The notes: generated by a model not told the origin, from the letters alone. A stretch of 64,000 nt of DNA from an uncultured Actinomycetota bacterium (GCA_963718235.1 CAVQYR010000001.1:2016001-2080000); one strand, 5' to 3'; shown: positions 7,320 through 17,940, numbered from the stretch's first letter. Translations and numbers: made by a program.

Positions 7320-10250
7320 ATGAGCAACCCCTTCGAGGGGCACGAGCTCCCCAGCCCCGATCTGGGCGACGCCGACGCCCACCGCCTGCTCACCGAGCGC
7401 TTCGGCGTCGACGGAACGCTGCACCCGCTCGGCAGCCACCAGGACCAGAACTGGAGGGTGGACACCCAGCACGGCCGCTTCGTGCTCAAGGTGTCCAACC
7501 CCGGCTTTCCCCGCACTGGGCTCGAGGCGCAGAACGCGGCGATGCTCCACCTCGCCGCGGCTGGGGTCGACTTCGACGTCCCCGTGCCCCAGCCGTCAAC
7601 GACCGGAGAGCTGATCCCCCAGTGGCAGCACCGCGACCGGGTCTTCGACGTGCGGCTCGTGACCTACCTCGACGGTCAGCCCCTGGCCGACTTCGACCAC
7701 CTGGACCCATCGGTGCTGGGCCGGCAGGGCGCACTGGCCGCTCGTTGCGCGCTGGCCTTGTCGGACTTCGACCATCCCGGTCTCGACCGTGATCTGCAGT
7801 GGGACTGCCGACACGCCTTCGACGTCGTTGCCGCACTCATCCAGCACGTCGCCGACCCGGACCTCCGCGACCTGGTCCTCCGGCACGCGGGGTCCGCAGA
7901 GCATGCCCTGTCTCCGCTGGCACGGGACCTACGCATTCACGTCGTCCACGCCGACGTCACCGACGTCAACGTCGTGGCGTCCAGGGACGCAGCAGGCCGG
8001 CCACTCCCCCATGGGCTGATCGACTTCGGTGACATCTCGCGCACCTGGCTCGTCTCCGACGCCGCCGTCGCCGCGGCCTCACTCGTCCTTCACGACGTCG
8101 ACGACCCACTGCCACTCGTGCGTGATGTCGTGCTCGGCTTCCACGAGGTCATGCCGCTGTCCCAGACCGAGATCGACGCCGTCTGGCCACTGGTGGTCGC
8201 GCGGGCCGCCTTGTGCGTGGTCAGCAGCGAGCAGCAGGCAGCCCTCGAGCCGAACAACGAGTACGCCCAGGAGTCCCGCCAAGGTGACGAGGCGATCATG
8301 CGGGCGGTTGCGGCCGTACCGCCTGCCCTTGCCCAGGCCGTGCTTCGTGCGGCCGCCGGTTTCGTCGCGGTCACCGAGGGGTCGTCACTCCCTCGCCTCG
8401 GCCCGGTCGTGGCCGACCAGCAGACCCTCCAGCCGGTCGACCTGTCGGTCACCTCGACCCGCCTGCTCCCGGATCGATGGAGCCAGCGAGACGACCTCGC
8501 CGCCGCCCTGGCTCCGGCCGGGCCGGGGGCCACCGTCGTCGGCCGCTACGGCGAGGCTCGGCTTCCTGACGCGGTCGACGACAGCCCCGAGGAGCCCGCG
8601 ACCATCCACCTCGGCATCGACGTCTTCTCCGCAGCGGGGACACCGGTGCTCGCCCCGGTCGACGCCGTCGTGTCATCGGTCGCGCCGCTGCGTCTGGCAG
8701 CACCGCGCGCCAGTCACCATCTCGTGCTGGGCGGGGTCGAGCCCATCGTCGCGACCAGGCAGAGTGTGACGACCGGACAGGTCATCGGCTACGTGTCGTC
8801 GGACGCCGGCTCTTCGTGGCCGCCCCATGTGCACGTGCAGTGGGTCGAGCCCGACCTCGAGGCACCCGACCGGTGCCGGCCGTCGGTTCGCTCGGGGTGG
8901 ACCGCCCTGTGCCCGGACCCGTCAGCGTCGCTCGGCGTCCCACCTCCCACCGAGGAACCGACAAGCAGCCGCGAGCTCCTGTCGCGAAGAGACGCGGTCG
9001 TGGCCGCCGTCCAGGAGCACTACTACGCCACTCCCCCCAGGATCGAACGAGGGTGGCGACACCACCTGTACGACGCGGACGCCCGCTCCTACCTCGACAT
9101 GGTCAACAACGTCGCCACGTTGGGTCACTCGCACCCGGCCGTCACGGAGGCGGTGTCCCGCCGACTGCAGCTGCTCAACACCAACTCACGGTTCAACTAC
9201 GAGGTCATCGTCGAGTTCAGCGAGCGACTGGCCGGCCTGCTGCCCGACCCGCTCGACACCGTGTTCCTCGTGAACAGCGGGAGCGAGGCTGTCGACCTGG
9301 CGCTCCGGATCGCCTGGAACGCCACGGGCCATGAGCATGTCCTCGCCGTCGAGAGTGGATATCACGGCTGGACGACGGCCACCGATGCGATCTCGACCTC
9401 CCTGGCCGACAACCCCGACGCGCTGACCACCAGGCCCGACTGGGTGCACACCGTGCTCTCGCCCAACCGCTACCGCGGCCAGCACCGCGGCCCCGATGCC
9501 GCCCAGCGCTACGCCGAGGACGTGGCCCGCGCAGTCGCCGACGTGCGTACTGGCGGCGGTGGTGTCGCCGCGTTCATCGCCGAGGCGCTCTATGGGAACG
9601 CGGGCGGTGTTCTCCTGCCCGCTGGGTACCTGAGCAGCGCCTATGAGACCGTCCGTGCCGCGGGAGGGTTGTGCATCGCCGACGAGGTGCAGGTCGGCTA
9701 CGGGCGGACAGGGCATCACTTCTGGGCGTTCGAGGAGCAAGGCGTCGTTCCCGACCTCGTCACCGTGGCCAAGGCGGCTGGCAACGGCATCGCCCTCGGG
9801 GCGGTCGTCACCACCCGGGCGATTGCCGACGCGTTCGCCGCCCAGGGCTCCTTCTTCTCGTCCGTGGGTGGTAGCCCAGTGAGCTGCGCCGCGGGCCTCG
9901 CGGTGATCGACACGATGCAGTCGGAGGGATCGCAGCAGAACGCGCAGGTCGTCGGTGACCGTCTTCGCCGGCGGCTCGAGCAGCTGGCCGAGCGGCACCC
10001 CCTGATCGGTGCCGTGCACGGCCTGGGGCTTTACCTCGGCGTCGAGCTGGTGCGAGACCAGGTGACGTTGGAGCCCGCCGTCGAGGAGACCGCAGCGATC
10101 TGCGACCGGATGCTCGCCCTGGGCGTAGTTGTTCAGCCGACCGGAGACCACCTCAACGTGCTCAAGGTCAAGCCGCCCTTGTGCCTCACCTCGTCGAGCG
10201 CCGACTTCTTCGTCGACACCCTGGACGAGGTGCTCAGTCGCGGGTGGTGA
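7320..10250 (+). CDS. Fusion of APH/choline-kinase-like kinase, M23-like domain and class III PLP enzyme (hydroxylysine kinase / phosphohydroxylysine phospho-lyase-like)
   Basis: HADVTDVN and IDFGD kinase motifs; HLGID and HVH M23 motifs; NSGSEA, DEVQVGYGRTG, VAKAAGNG and NVLKVKPPL PLP class III motifs. Confidence 0.85.
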   Translation: MSNPFEGHELPSPDLGDADAHRLLTERFGVDGTLHPLGSHQDQNWRVDTQHGRFVLKVSNPGFPRTGLEAQNAAMLHLAAAGVDFDVPVPQPSTTGELIPQWQHRDRVFDVRLVTYLDGQPLADFDHLDPSVLGRQGALAARCALALSDFDHPGLDRDLQWDCRHAFDVVAALIQHVADPDLRDLVLRHAGSAEHALSPLARDLRIHVVHADVTDVNVVASRDAAGRPLPHGLIDFGDISRTWLVSDAAVAAASLVLHDVDDPLPLVRDVVLGFHEVMPLSQTEIDAVWPLVVARAALCVVSSEQQAALEPNNEYAQESRQGDEAIMRAVAAVPPALAQAVLRAAAGFVAVTEGSSLPRLGPVVADQQTLQPVDLSVTSTRLLPDRWSQRDDLAAALAPAGPGATVVGRYGEARLPDAVDDSPEEPATIHLGIDVFSAAGTPVLAPVDAVVSSVAPLRLAAPRASHHLVLGGVEPIVATRQSVTTGQVIGYVSSDAGSSWPPHVHVQWVEPDLEAPDRCRPSVRSGWTALCPDPSASLGVPPPTEEPTSSRELLSRRDAVVAAVQEHYYATPPRIERGWRHHLYDADARSYLDMVNNVATLGHSHPAVTEAVSRRLQLLNTNSRFNYEVIVEFSERLAGLLPDPLDTVFLVNSGSEAVDLALRIAWNATGHEHVLAVESGYHGWTTATDAISTSLADNPDALTTRPDWVHTVLSPNRYRGQHRGPDAAQRYAEDVARAVADVRTGGGGVAAFIAEALYGNAGGVLLPAGYLSSAYETVRAAGGLCIADEVQVGYGRTGHHFWAFEEQGVVPDLVTVAKAAGNGIALGAVVTTRAIADAFAAQGSFFSSVGGSPVSCAAGLAVIDTMQSEGSQQNAQVVGDRLRRRLEQLAERHPLIGAVHGLGLYLGVELVRDQVTLEPAVEETAAICDRMLALGVVVQPTGDHLNVLKVKPPLCLTSSSADFFVDTLDEVLSRGW

Positions 10251-10459
10251 TCGCCGGGGGTCGTCATCTCGTGGAACCTTCACCGCGCTCAGCACGGCGA
10301 GCCCTCCACCAGATCACCTCGTCGCCGAGGCTCGGGTGGCTTCGACCGGACAGGACGTGGATCGCAGGTGCCTTGGCCCCTCGATACGGCGGACCAAGGG
10401 CCTTCTCCTCTACCCCAAGACTCGCCGACCCACCAGGCTGAGTGGTGAGGGAGAAGGCC

Positions 10460-11563
10460 ATGGTCCGTGTGGTCGCCTGCACCGTCGCCATCGCCGCTCT
10501 GGCTGTGCTAGGGGCCGGCTGTGGGTCTGAGCCAGTGGCTACGCAGTCTCCTGGCGCAACACCCTCAACGCCGACGACGAGCGCTTCACCTGCAACACCG
10601 CCGCACCGAGAGCAGACGCGTTCGCCTTCCCACCGGCCGACCCCGTCGGACCGGACCCCAGGTGATGTTCTTGATCCGGTCGACGGCACACAGCTTCTCC
10701 TCACCTGGGTTCTGCCGGACCGGAGCCGGGTCCTCGGCACGCTGGTCTACGAGACCGGTGAGCTGCGTCGTCTGGCGACCCTGCGGAAGGAAGTGGCCCC
10801 GGTGGTCGACCCGACGGGTCGGTACGTGGCGATGGTCGCTGCCGAGCACACTCCCGTCTCCTACCAGGGCGACAACTACCCCAGCAACTCGCACGTGGTC
10901 CTGCTCGACCTGGCTACCGGTGAGCGCAGGACGTTGACTCCCCCTCCCACGCGGTGGTCGGACTGGAAGCCGGACTGGTCACTGGACGGACAGTTCGTGT
11001 ACTTCGTCCGATACCGGAGCGACCGCCGGCACCAGCTCATGGCGGTCGACCCGGCGACCGGTGCGGTGAGCGAGATCGCCGGGGCTGAACAGGTGACGTC
11101 GTACGCGCTGGAGCCCGACGGTCGCCACGCATGGGTGAGCTACAGCGCACCTAGCGGACTGCCGGCCGGCTTCCGTCGGCTTGATCTGCAGACGGGCCGC
11201 CTGCATCGCTACGACGGTCACCGGGAGTTCCCGGCCGCAAGTGACGTCGAGCTGTCCGAACCTGCATGGTCACCGGACGGGCTCGCCTTGGCCTGGGCGT
11301 TCAACGGGAGTGACCAGAGCGGCGTCCTGTCCACCCAGACCCTGAACCAGGTGCGGTACCGGCTTCGCTTCGTGGGGCCGCCGAGGTCCACGGCGTGGCA
11401 GGCCCGCTGGCTGCCGTCGGGCCGGCAGGTGCTCGTCCTCGTCGGGCAGAGCTACCGAACGTCCGTACTCATGCTCGTCGCTCCCGGCGCCAAAGCCACG
11501 GCCGTGCCTCTGCCCGACGGCGTAGCTCCACTGTCACTCGATGTATGGACGCCCAGCACGTGA
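10460..11563 (+). CDS. Lipoprotein with TolB-like (PD40) beta-propeller
   Basis: Signal peptide with lipobox LGAGC, Pro/Thr linker, PDWSLDG and PAWSPDG repeats. Confidence 0.7.
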   Translation: MVRVVACTVAIAALAVLGAGCGSEPVATQSPGATPSTPTTSASPATPPHREQTRSPSHRPTPSDRTPGDVLDPVDGTQLLLTWVLPDRSRVLGTLVYETGELRRLATLRKEVAPVVDPTGRYVAMVAAEHTPVSYQGDNYPSNSHVVLLDLATGERRTLTPPPTRWSDWKPDWSLDGQFVYFVRYRSDRRHQLMAVDPATGAVSEIAGAEQVTSYALEPDGRHAWVSYSAPSGLPAGFRRLDLQTGRLHRYDGHREFPAASDVELSEPAWSPDGLALAWAFNGSDQSGVLSTQTLNQVRYRLRFVGPPRSTAWQARWLPSGRQVLVLVGQSYRTSVLMLVAPGAKATAVPLPDGVAPLSLDVWTPST

Positions 11564-11771
11564 GGCGCTCCGAGTCCCGTTGACCGGCCCGATGGGTGGA
11601 GATCGATCGCGGGCTGAGGACCCTTCTCGATCTGTGAGGTCCAGACATATGGACGTCGAAGGGTCGTCGCGTGCACGAGCGATGACGTTCGACCCTGCCG
11701 ATGTTCTCGCCATCGCGCCAGGCTTGAGGTGCAGGTCATGGATATGTGTTCTCGCATGAGGGAGGTGTGCC

Positions 11772-12476
11772 ATGACCGTCACGAACTCCACCCGACGAGC
11801 CTCAGGCATCGCGGCGCTGTACCTCGCAGCGGCGCTGGTGGTCGCAATGCTCTACTTCCTCGTCGGCACCAAGATGCCGTCGGTGACCGACCCCGCCGAG
11901 CAGGTCGACCTGCTGATCGACCATCAACTCGGCCTCCACCTCATGTACCTCATCGCGTACGTGGTCTTTGGCCTGGTGCTGGCCGTTCTCGCGCTGGGGC
12001 TGCACGATCGGCTGGCCGGCATCGCACCAACCACCTCGCGGGTGGCCACGGCGGTCGGCCTGATCTGGGCCGGCGTGCTGGTGGCCAGCGGGCTGGTCTT
12101 CATCGTCGGTATGGACTCTGTGGTTGATCTGCACGCGACGGACCCGGCAGGGGCTGTCGTCGCGTGGCAGGCGATCTACCCTGTCACGCTTGGCCTCGGC
12201 GGAGCCGGTGGCGAGGTGCTCGGCGGCACATGGCTGCTGCTGGTGAGCCTGGTGGCGCTGCGCGGACACGCGCTCCCGACCTGGCTGAACTGGTTCGGCC
12301 TTGTGGCTGGCGCCGCGGGGATCATCTCGGCGGTTCCGGGTCTTGCCGACGTCGCGGTGGTGTTCGGGCTGCTGGTCATCGTCTGGTTCGTGGGGCTTGG
12401 CGTCACCCTGCTTCGCGAGCACCCTGCACCTGATGAAGACGTTGCGTCTGCACGTCACGCCGTGGCGGCTGGCTAG
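11772..12476 (+). CDS. DUF4386-like multi-pass membrane protein
   Basis: About 6 TM segments, ASGIAALYLAA start, GLGGAGGEVLGG.W, LPTWLNWFG; SD GGGAGG. Confidence 0.7.
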   Translation: MTVTNSTRRASGIAALYLAAALVVAMLYFLVGTKMPSVTDPAEQVDLLIDHQLGLHLMYLIAYVVFGLVLAVLALGLHDRLAGIAPTTSRVATAVGLIWAGVLVASGLVFIVGMDSVVDLHATDPAGAVVAWQAIYPVTLGLGGAGGEVLGGTWLLLVSLVALRGHALPTWLNWFGLVAGAAGIISAVPGLADVAVVFGLLVIVWFVGLGVTLLREHPAPDEDVASARHAVAAG

Positions 12477-12493
12477 GACGTGACCGCCACTGG

Positions 12494-13543
12494 CTAAGGC
12501 GCCGGGGTGTCGGTGTTCGCCCTGGTCACACGCTTGGCTCGACTGGGTTGCACCCGATCAGGCTCCCCCGGCATCTTCGGGTAGTTCGGCGGGAACGGCG
12601 CCTCACCCTCTCCTTCGGCCTCGTCGCGGGCCACCCAGTCGAGCAGCGGCTCGAGCGAGAACGCGAGCCCGTCCATCGACTCCTGAAGGTCACCGACCGA
12701 CCGCAGGCGCGCAGGCACGGTGGCAATCGTGCAGTCGAGGGGGTCGACGTCGCCCAGCTCGTCCCAGGTGACCGGTGTCGACACCGTGGCCGTCGCGGTT
12801 CGCCGGACCGAGTAGGCAGAAGCGATCGTGCGGTCACGCGCGTTCTGGTTGTAGTCGACGAACACCCGCTCGCCACGCTCCTCCTTCCACCATTGCGCCG
12901 TGACCCGCTGAGTGTCTCGTCGAACCATCTCGCGGGCCAAGGCAAGTGCGCATCGCCGAACCTCGACGATCGGCCAGCGGGGCTCGATCGGCACGTCGAC
13001 GTGCACACCGCGACCCCCTGAGGTCTTCACGAAACCGGTGTACCCGAGCTCGTCGAGCAGCGGGCGCAGGGTCTCCAGGGCCACCTGCCGGGCGTCACCG
13101 AAGTCGGTACCCGGCTGGGGATCGAGGTCGATCCGCAGCCGGTCGGGGTGCTCGACGTCCGGGCAGCGCGACGGCCACGGGTGGAAGGTGACGGTGCCGT
13201 AGTTGGCCGCCCAGACGACAACCGCCGGCTCGGTGGCCCGCAGCGCATCCGCCTCACGCCCGCTGGGGAAGGTGACCCGGCACCGCTCGACCCACTCGGG
13301 AGCGTGCTTGGGCAGGCGCTTCTGGTACACCTCCTCACCCTCGATGCCGTCGGGGAACCGCTGGAGGTACGTCGGCCGGTCCCCGATCGCGGTGAGCACG
13401 GCGGAAGAGGACTGGACGTAGTAGTCGACAAGGGCCCCTTTGGTCCCGGCCGCTCCCAGCGCAGGGAAGTAGGGCTTCTGCGGGTTCGACACCCGCACCG
13501 AGCGCCCGGCGACATCCACCTCGATCGCGCTGCTTTCCGCCAT
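12494..13543 (-). CDS. Stand-alone LigD-like primase-polymerase (Prim-PolC type)
   Basis: RFPDGI, YQKR, RIDLDP, KTSGGRGVH, WWKEERG, VFVDYNQNARDRT, FPPNYPKMPGEP.RVQPS tail. Confidence 0.9.
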   Translation of the reverse strand: MAESSAIEVDVAGRSVRVSNPQKPYFPALGAAGTKGALVDYYVQSSSAVLTAIGDRPTYLQRFPDGIEGEEVYQKRLPKHAPEWVERCRVTFPSGREADALRATEPAVVVWAANYGTVTFHPWPSRCPDVEHPDRLRIDLDPQPGTDFGDARQVALETLRPLLDELGYTGFVKTSGGRGVHVDVPIEPRWPIVEVRRCALALAREMVRRDTQRVTAQWWKEERGERVFVDYNQNARDRTIASAYSVRRTATATVSTPVTWDELGDVDPLDCTIATVPARLRSVGDLQESMDGLAFSLEPLLDWVARDEAEGEGEAPFPPNYPKMPGEPDRVQPSRAKRVTRANTDTPAP

Positions 13544-13594
13544 CGCTGAACCGTAGCCCTGGCGGGACGGGGATGCGACGCCTACCGTTCCTCC

Positions 13595-13999
13595 ATGGAG
13601 TACGAAGTCAGCAAGGACGACGACCAGTGGCGCAACGAGCTGTCACCCGGTGAGTTCAGGGTGCTTCGCCAGGCCGGCACCGAGTCCCCCTGGACTGGGG
13701 AGTACGTCGACACCAAGACCACCGGCGTCTACAGCTGCCGGGCGTGCGGCAACGAGCTGTTCCGCTCGGACACCAAGTTCGAGAGCCACTGCGGGTGGCC
13801 GTCGTTCTACCAGCCCACCAAGGACGACGCGGTCGAGCTGATCCCTGACTACTCCTCCGGCATGGTGCGCACCGAGGCACGCTGCGCCCGCTGCGGCTCC
13901 CACCTGGGGCACGTCTTCGAGGGTGAGGGGTACGCGGTGCCCACGGACCAGAGGTGGTGCATCAACAGCATCAGCCTGAGGCTTCAGCCCAACGAGTGA
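13595..13999 (+). CDS. msrB: Peptide-methionine (R)-S-oxide reductase
   Basis: CRACG, KFESHCGWPSF, CARCGSHLGHVF, RWCINS. Confidence 0.96.
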   Translation: MEYEVSKDDDQWRNELSPGEFRVLRQAGTESPWTGEYVDTKTTGVYSCRACGNELFRSDTKFESHCGWPSFYQPTKDDAVELIPDYSSGMVRTEARCARCGSHLGHVFEGEGYAVPTDQRWCINSISLRLQPNE

Positions 14000-14020
14000 C
14001 GGGCCATCGCGCCTGGGGGG

Positions 14021-14557
14021 TCAGGCCTCGGTCGGCGCCGCTGAGGCTGCGTCCTGGTCATGCAGCTCGCGCAGCTCCTTGACCAGTGCCTCGATGTCCT
14101 CGTGCTTGTGCTGCATCTCCCGGTGAACCACGTGGGTCGCTTGCGGCAGGACGGCGTCGACGTCGGCCGGCAGCTTCGCGGCGATGACGAGCACCGCACC
14201 TTCGCCGGAGTCGATCGCGGTACCCAGCTCGGAGATGTCCTTGCGGGACACCCCGTGCCACAGGTGTGCGGCGGCACGGCCGACCCCGAGGCCGGCCCCG
14301 GCCGTGACGACGATCAACGGCGGGTACAGCAGACCGACAAGTCCACCCACGATCGTGCCGCTGATGGCGCCGATGTTGCTGTCGGGCTCGAGATGGTTGA
14401 CGACCTTCGCCTTGCCGGTGGCCGTGCGTTCCACCAGTCCCAGCGCGTAGAGGCGCTCGTCCCACAGCTCACGACGCTCCTGGGCGATGCGCTCGTAGTC
14501 GGCTTCGGCGCGCAGGCGGTTGTTGTACGAGCCCACCACGATGACCGGGTTTGACAT
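14021..14557 (-). CDS. DUF1269-like membrane protein
   Basis: Gly-rich hairpin GAISGTIVGGLVGLL.PP...AGAGLG, SRKDISELG; SD GGAGGAG. Confidence 0.65.
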   Translation of the reverse strand: MSNPVIVVGSYNNRLRAEADYERIAQERRELWDERLYALGLVERTATGKAKVVNHLEPDSNIGAISGTIVGGLVGLLYPPLIVVTAGAGLGVGRAAAHLWHGVSRKDISELGTAIDSGEGAVLVIAAKLPADVDAVLPQATHVVHREMQHKHEDIEALVKELRELHDQDAASAAPTEA

Positions 14558-14633
14558 GTCGCCACTCCTCCATCGGCTGTGCTCCGCAGGCTAGCGCGAC
14601 TGGTGTCGAAAAGGGACTACCGAAGGACCCTGC

Positions 14634-15365
14634 TCACGGCAGCGAAGCCACGAGCTCGTCGAAGGGCCGGCGCAGGCCGGTGTAGAAGGGGATCTCCTCG
14701 CGCACGTGCAGACGCGCCTTGGACGCACGAAGGTCACGCATCAGGTCGACGATCCGGTACAGCTCGTCGGCCTCGAACGCCAGGATCCACTCGTAGTCGC
14801 CCAAAGCGAAACCGGCCACCGTGTTGGCGCGGACGTCGGGGTACGCGCGGCCCATCTGCCCGTGCTCCACCAGCATCGCCCGGCGCTCGTCGTCGGGCAG
14901 GACGTACCACTCGTAGGAGCGCACGAACGGGTAGACGCAGACGTAACGACGCGCCTCCTCGTCGGCCAGGAACGCCGGCACATGGCTGCGGTTGAACTCA
15001 GCCGGCCGGTGCAGGGCCATGACCGACCACACCGGCTCGAACTGCCGGCCCACCGCGGTGCGCCGAAACCGCGCGTAGGCCTCCTGCAGGTCGTCTGATG
15101 ACTCGGCATGCCACCACACCATGAAGTCGGCGTCGGCCCGCAGCCCCTGGACGTCGTACACGCCGCGCACGACGACGTCCTTCGCCGCCAGCTGCGCAAA
15201 GAGCTCGTCGACCTCGCTGGCCAGTGCGCGACGGTCGTCGGGGAGTAGACCCTTCACCTTGAAGACCGACCACATCGTGTAGCGGATCACGTCGTTCAGG
15301 TCGCGGGCCTGCTTGCCGGTGATCGTTCGCCCGGCGGGTCCAGGGGTTCCAGCGGTGTCGGTCAT
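14634..15365 (-). CDS. hemQ: Coproheme decarboxylase (ChdC)
   Basis: [34 protein letters not shown]. Confidence 0.95.
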   Translation of the reverse strand: MTDTAGTPGPAGRTITGKQARDLNDVIRYTMWSVFKVKGLLPDDRRALASEVDELFAQLAAKDVVVRGVYDVQGLRADADFMVWWHAESSDDLQEAYARFRRTAVGRQFEPVWSVMALHRPAEFNRSHVPAFLADEEARRYVCVYPFVRSYEWYVLPDDERRAMLVEHGQMGRAYPDVRANTVAGFALGDYEWILAFEADELYRIVDLMRDLRASKARLHVREEIPFYTGLRRPFDELVASLP

Positions 15366-16795
15366 GGGTTCATTCTGCCGTCCTCGAGCTGGAGGGCGGT
15401 CGTCACCTGCAGTGCGGCCGCCTGGCCGCTTCCGATGCAGGCCGGGATCCCGACCCCCTCGTAGGCGGCCCCGCAGAGGGCCAGCCCTGCGTGCTCACCG
15501 ACGGTCTCCTGGATCCGGGCGACCCGGTGCAGGTGCCCGACCCGGTACTGGGGCAGGGCGTCGTCCCAGCGGGTGACTGCTGTGGCGATGGGGGCGTCGG
15601 AGAGCCCCGTCGCCGCGGCTAGCTCACCCCAGGCGGCCCAGGCGAGGTCGTCGTCGCCACGGTCGAGATGCGCCGTCTCCCCGAACCGTCCCACCGAGCA
15701 GCGCACGACGACCTGGTCGGGATGGTCCTCGGCCAGCCAGCCCCACTTCTGCGAGGCGAACGTGGCCGCCTTGATCACGCGGTCCTCCGCAGGCGGTACC
15801 AGGAAGCCGGTTCCGACGAGAGGCTCGGTCACGGCCGCCGGCGGCAGGACGAAGGTCGCCAGGGCGACTGACGCGTAGTCGATCTGGCCCAGGTCCAACG
15901 CCGCCCGTGGACTCACCGTCGCCAGCAGCCCGGCCGCCGCCGGCGCGGGGGTGGCCACGATCACCGCGTCGGCCCGCAGGTCGTGCGTCACCGCCCCCTG
16001 CCGGGTCTGCACCACCCAGCCGCCCGACGGGTGCGGGCGTAGTCCCCGGGCCGCGGTGTTCAGCTGGACCTGCGCCCCGGCGGCCTCGACGAGAAGTCCC
16101 GGGAGCCGGCCCAGCCCGCCACGTAACGACGCGAAGACCGGCCCGCTCTGCCCTGCGGACAGCTGCTGCACCTGCTCGGCGGCAGTGAGCAGCGACTTCT
16201 CGATCTGGGCCAGCCGCGCAAGCTGCGGCAGCGTGGCGGCGAAGGACAGCTCGTCGGCGTGCCCGGCGTAGACCCCGCCGAGCAGTGGTTCGACGAGCCG
16301 GTCGACCACCTCACGGCCCAGCCGGGCCGCCACGTAGGTGCCGATCGCGACGTCGTCGGTCTCGGGGTCGAACCGGGTCGCGGGAAGCACCCGGTCAAGG
16401 GGGACCCGCAGCAGTCCCTGCACCGACAGCACCCCACTTGCCGCCAGCGACGTGAGGTCCTGGGGAATGCCGAGCAGAGTGCCCCGGGGTAACGGGCGCA
16501 GGACGCCGTCCAGCCAGAGTGAGGCACCCTCGACCGCCGGGTGGACCACCTGGTCGGACAGCCCCAGCTCGTCGAGCAGGGCGATCCCCTCCGGCCTGCG
16601 GGCGAGCAGCGACTCCGCACCCGCGTCGACGGTGACCCCGCCCACCTCGTGCGACGCGAGCTTGCCGCCGATCCGGTCGCCGGCCTCGACCACCGTGATG
16701 GTCAGCTCGTCACCCAGGCGCCGTCGGGCCTCGTACGCCGCCGACAGGCCGGAGATGCCGGCCCCGATGACGACGAGGTGCGTGGTTCTGCTCAC
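15362..16795 (-). CDS. hemY: Coproporphyrinogen/protoporphyrinogen oxidase (CgoX/HemY)
   Basis: [12 protein letters not shown] motif, [35 protein letters not shown]. Confidence 0.93.
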   Translation of the reverse strand: MSRTTHLVVIGAGISGLSAAYEARRRLGDELTITVVEAGDRIGGKLASHEVGGVTVDAGAESLLARRPEGIALLDELGLSDQVVHPAVEGASLWLDGVLRPLPRGTLLGIPQDLTSLAASGVLSVQGLLRVPLDRVLPATRFDPETDDVAIGTYVAARLGREVVDRLVEPLLGGVYAGHADELSFAATLPQLARLAQIEKSLLTAAEQVQQLSAGQSGPVFASLRGGLGRLPGLLVEAAGAQVQLNTAARGLRPHPSGGWVVQTRQGAVTHDLRADAVIVATPAPAAAGLLATVSPRAALDLGQIDYASVALATFVLPPAAVTEPLVGTGFLVPPAEDRVIKAATFASQKWGWLAEDHPDQVVVRCSVGRFGETAHLDRGDDDLAWAAWGELAAATGLSDAPIATAVTRWDDALPQYRVGHLHRVARIQETVGEHAGLALCGAAYEGVGIPACIGSGQAAALQVTTALQLEDGRMNP

Positions 16796-16825
16796 TCCCC
16801 CAGCCTCGCAGAGCCGCTCAAGGGA

Positions 16826-17878
16826 CTAGGACGTGGTCTCACGATGGACGACTTCGACGACGTGCGCGAGGGCGGCCGGGTCTGTGGTGGGCAGCACGCC
16901 GTGCCCGAGGTTGAACACGTGGCCAGGCAGCTCACTGGCCGCAGCCAGCACCTCGAGCGTGCGCCGTTCGACCACCGACAGTGGAGCGAAGAGGACCGCC
17001 GGGTCCAAGTTCCCCTGAAGCGCCTTGTCGGGTCCGACCCGGCTCGCGGCCACGTCGAGCGGCACCCGGAAGTCGACCCCGACCACGTCGGCCCCCACCT
17101 CGCCCATGAGGCCCAGCAGCTCACCGGTGTTGACCCCGAAGTGGATGCTCGGCACGTCGAGGTCGGCCAGCCCGGCGAAGATCCGCCTCGAGTGCGGCAT
17201 CACGTACCGCACGTAGTCAGCGGCAGGGAGCGCACCCACCCAGGAGTCGAAGAGCTGGACGGCCGAGGCGCCGGCCAGCACCTGGGTCCGCAGGTAGGCC
17301 AGCGCCAGGTCCGCCAGGCGCTCCATCAGGGCGTGCCACGTGCCGTCGTCGCCGTACATCAGAGCTTTGGTGTTCTCATGGTTGCGACTCGGTCCTCCCT
17401 CGACCAGGTACGACGCCAGGGTGAAGGGAGCGCCGGCGAAACCGATCAACGGAGTGGACCCGAGCTCGCCGACGAGCTGCCCGACGGCCTCGGTCACGTA
17501 GGGGACGTCGTCAGGCTCCAGCGGCCGGAGCACGACCAGGTCGGCGCGATCCCGGATCGGCGATGCCATCACGGGGCCGACGCCGGGCTGGATGTCCACG
17601 TCGACGCCGATCGCCTTCAGCGGCAGGACGATGTCGCTGAAGAAGATGGCCGCGTCGACTCCGTACCGGCGGACCGGCTGGAGCGTGATCTCGGTGACCA
17701 GGTCAGGACGCATGCACGACTCGAGCATGGTCGTGCCTTCGCGCACCTTGCGGTACTCCGGGAGCGAACGGCCGGCCTGACGCATGAACCACACGGGGGT
17801 GTGCGGCACCGGCAGGCGTCGGCAGGCCCGCAGGAACGCGGAGTCGGCAAGGTCCGGTCGGGAGTCTTGAGCCGTCAC
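16826..17878 (-). CDS. hemE: Uroporphyrinogen decarboxylase
   Basis: [38 protein letters not shown]; alternative in-frame ATG at 17944 overlapping the EamA stop. Confidence 0.95.
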   Translation of the reverse strand: MTAQDSRPDLADSAFLRACRRLPVPHTPVWFMRQAGRSLPEYRKVREGTTMLESCMRPDLVTEITLQPVRRYGVDAAIFFSDIVLPLKAIGVDVDIQPGVGPVMASPIRDRADLVVLRPLEPDDVPYVTEAVGQLVGELGSTPLIGFAGAPFTLASYLVEGGPSRNHENTKALMYGDDGTWHALMERLADLALAYLRTQVLAGASAVQLFDSWVGALPAADYVRYVMPHSRRIFAGLADLDVPSIHFGVNTGELLGLMGEVGADVVGVDFRVPLDVAASRVGPDKALQGNLDPAVLFAPLSVVERRTLEVLAAASELPGHVFNLGHGVLPTTDPAALAHVVEVVHRETTS

Positions 17879-17940
17879 GAGCGGTGAGTCTGGCACGGCC
17901 CGCGGTGTCCGGCGGCCGGGGCCTTCGTGGTGCGCCGCGT

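Noticed and set aside
1-10250. Bacterial microcompartment locus (dehydratase plus kinase/phospho-lyase)
   Set aside because: No BMC shell genes in the window, and the enzymes are separated by unrelated core genes
10251-10459. Possible riboswitch or ncRNA (CCTTGG...CCAAGG hairpin near 10371-10399)
   Set aside because: Only a short stem and no recognisable riboswitch consensus; an Rfam scan would be needed
5674-13543. NHEJ (Ku/LigD) locus
   Set aside because: There is no Ku and no multidomain LigD; the motifs fit LigC and stand-alone Prim-PolC
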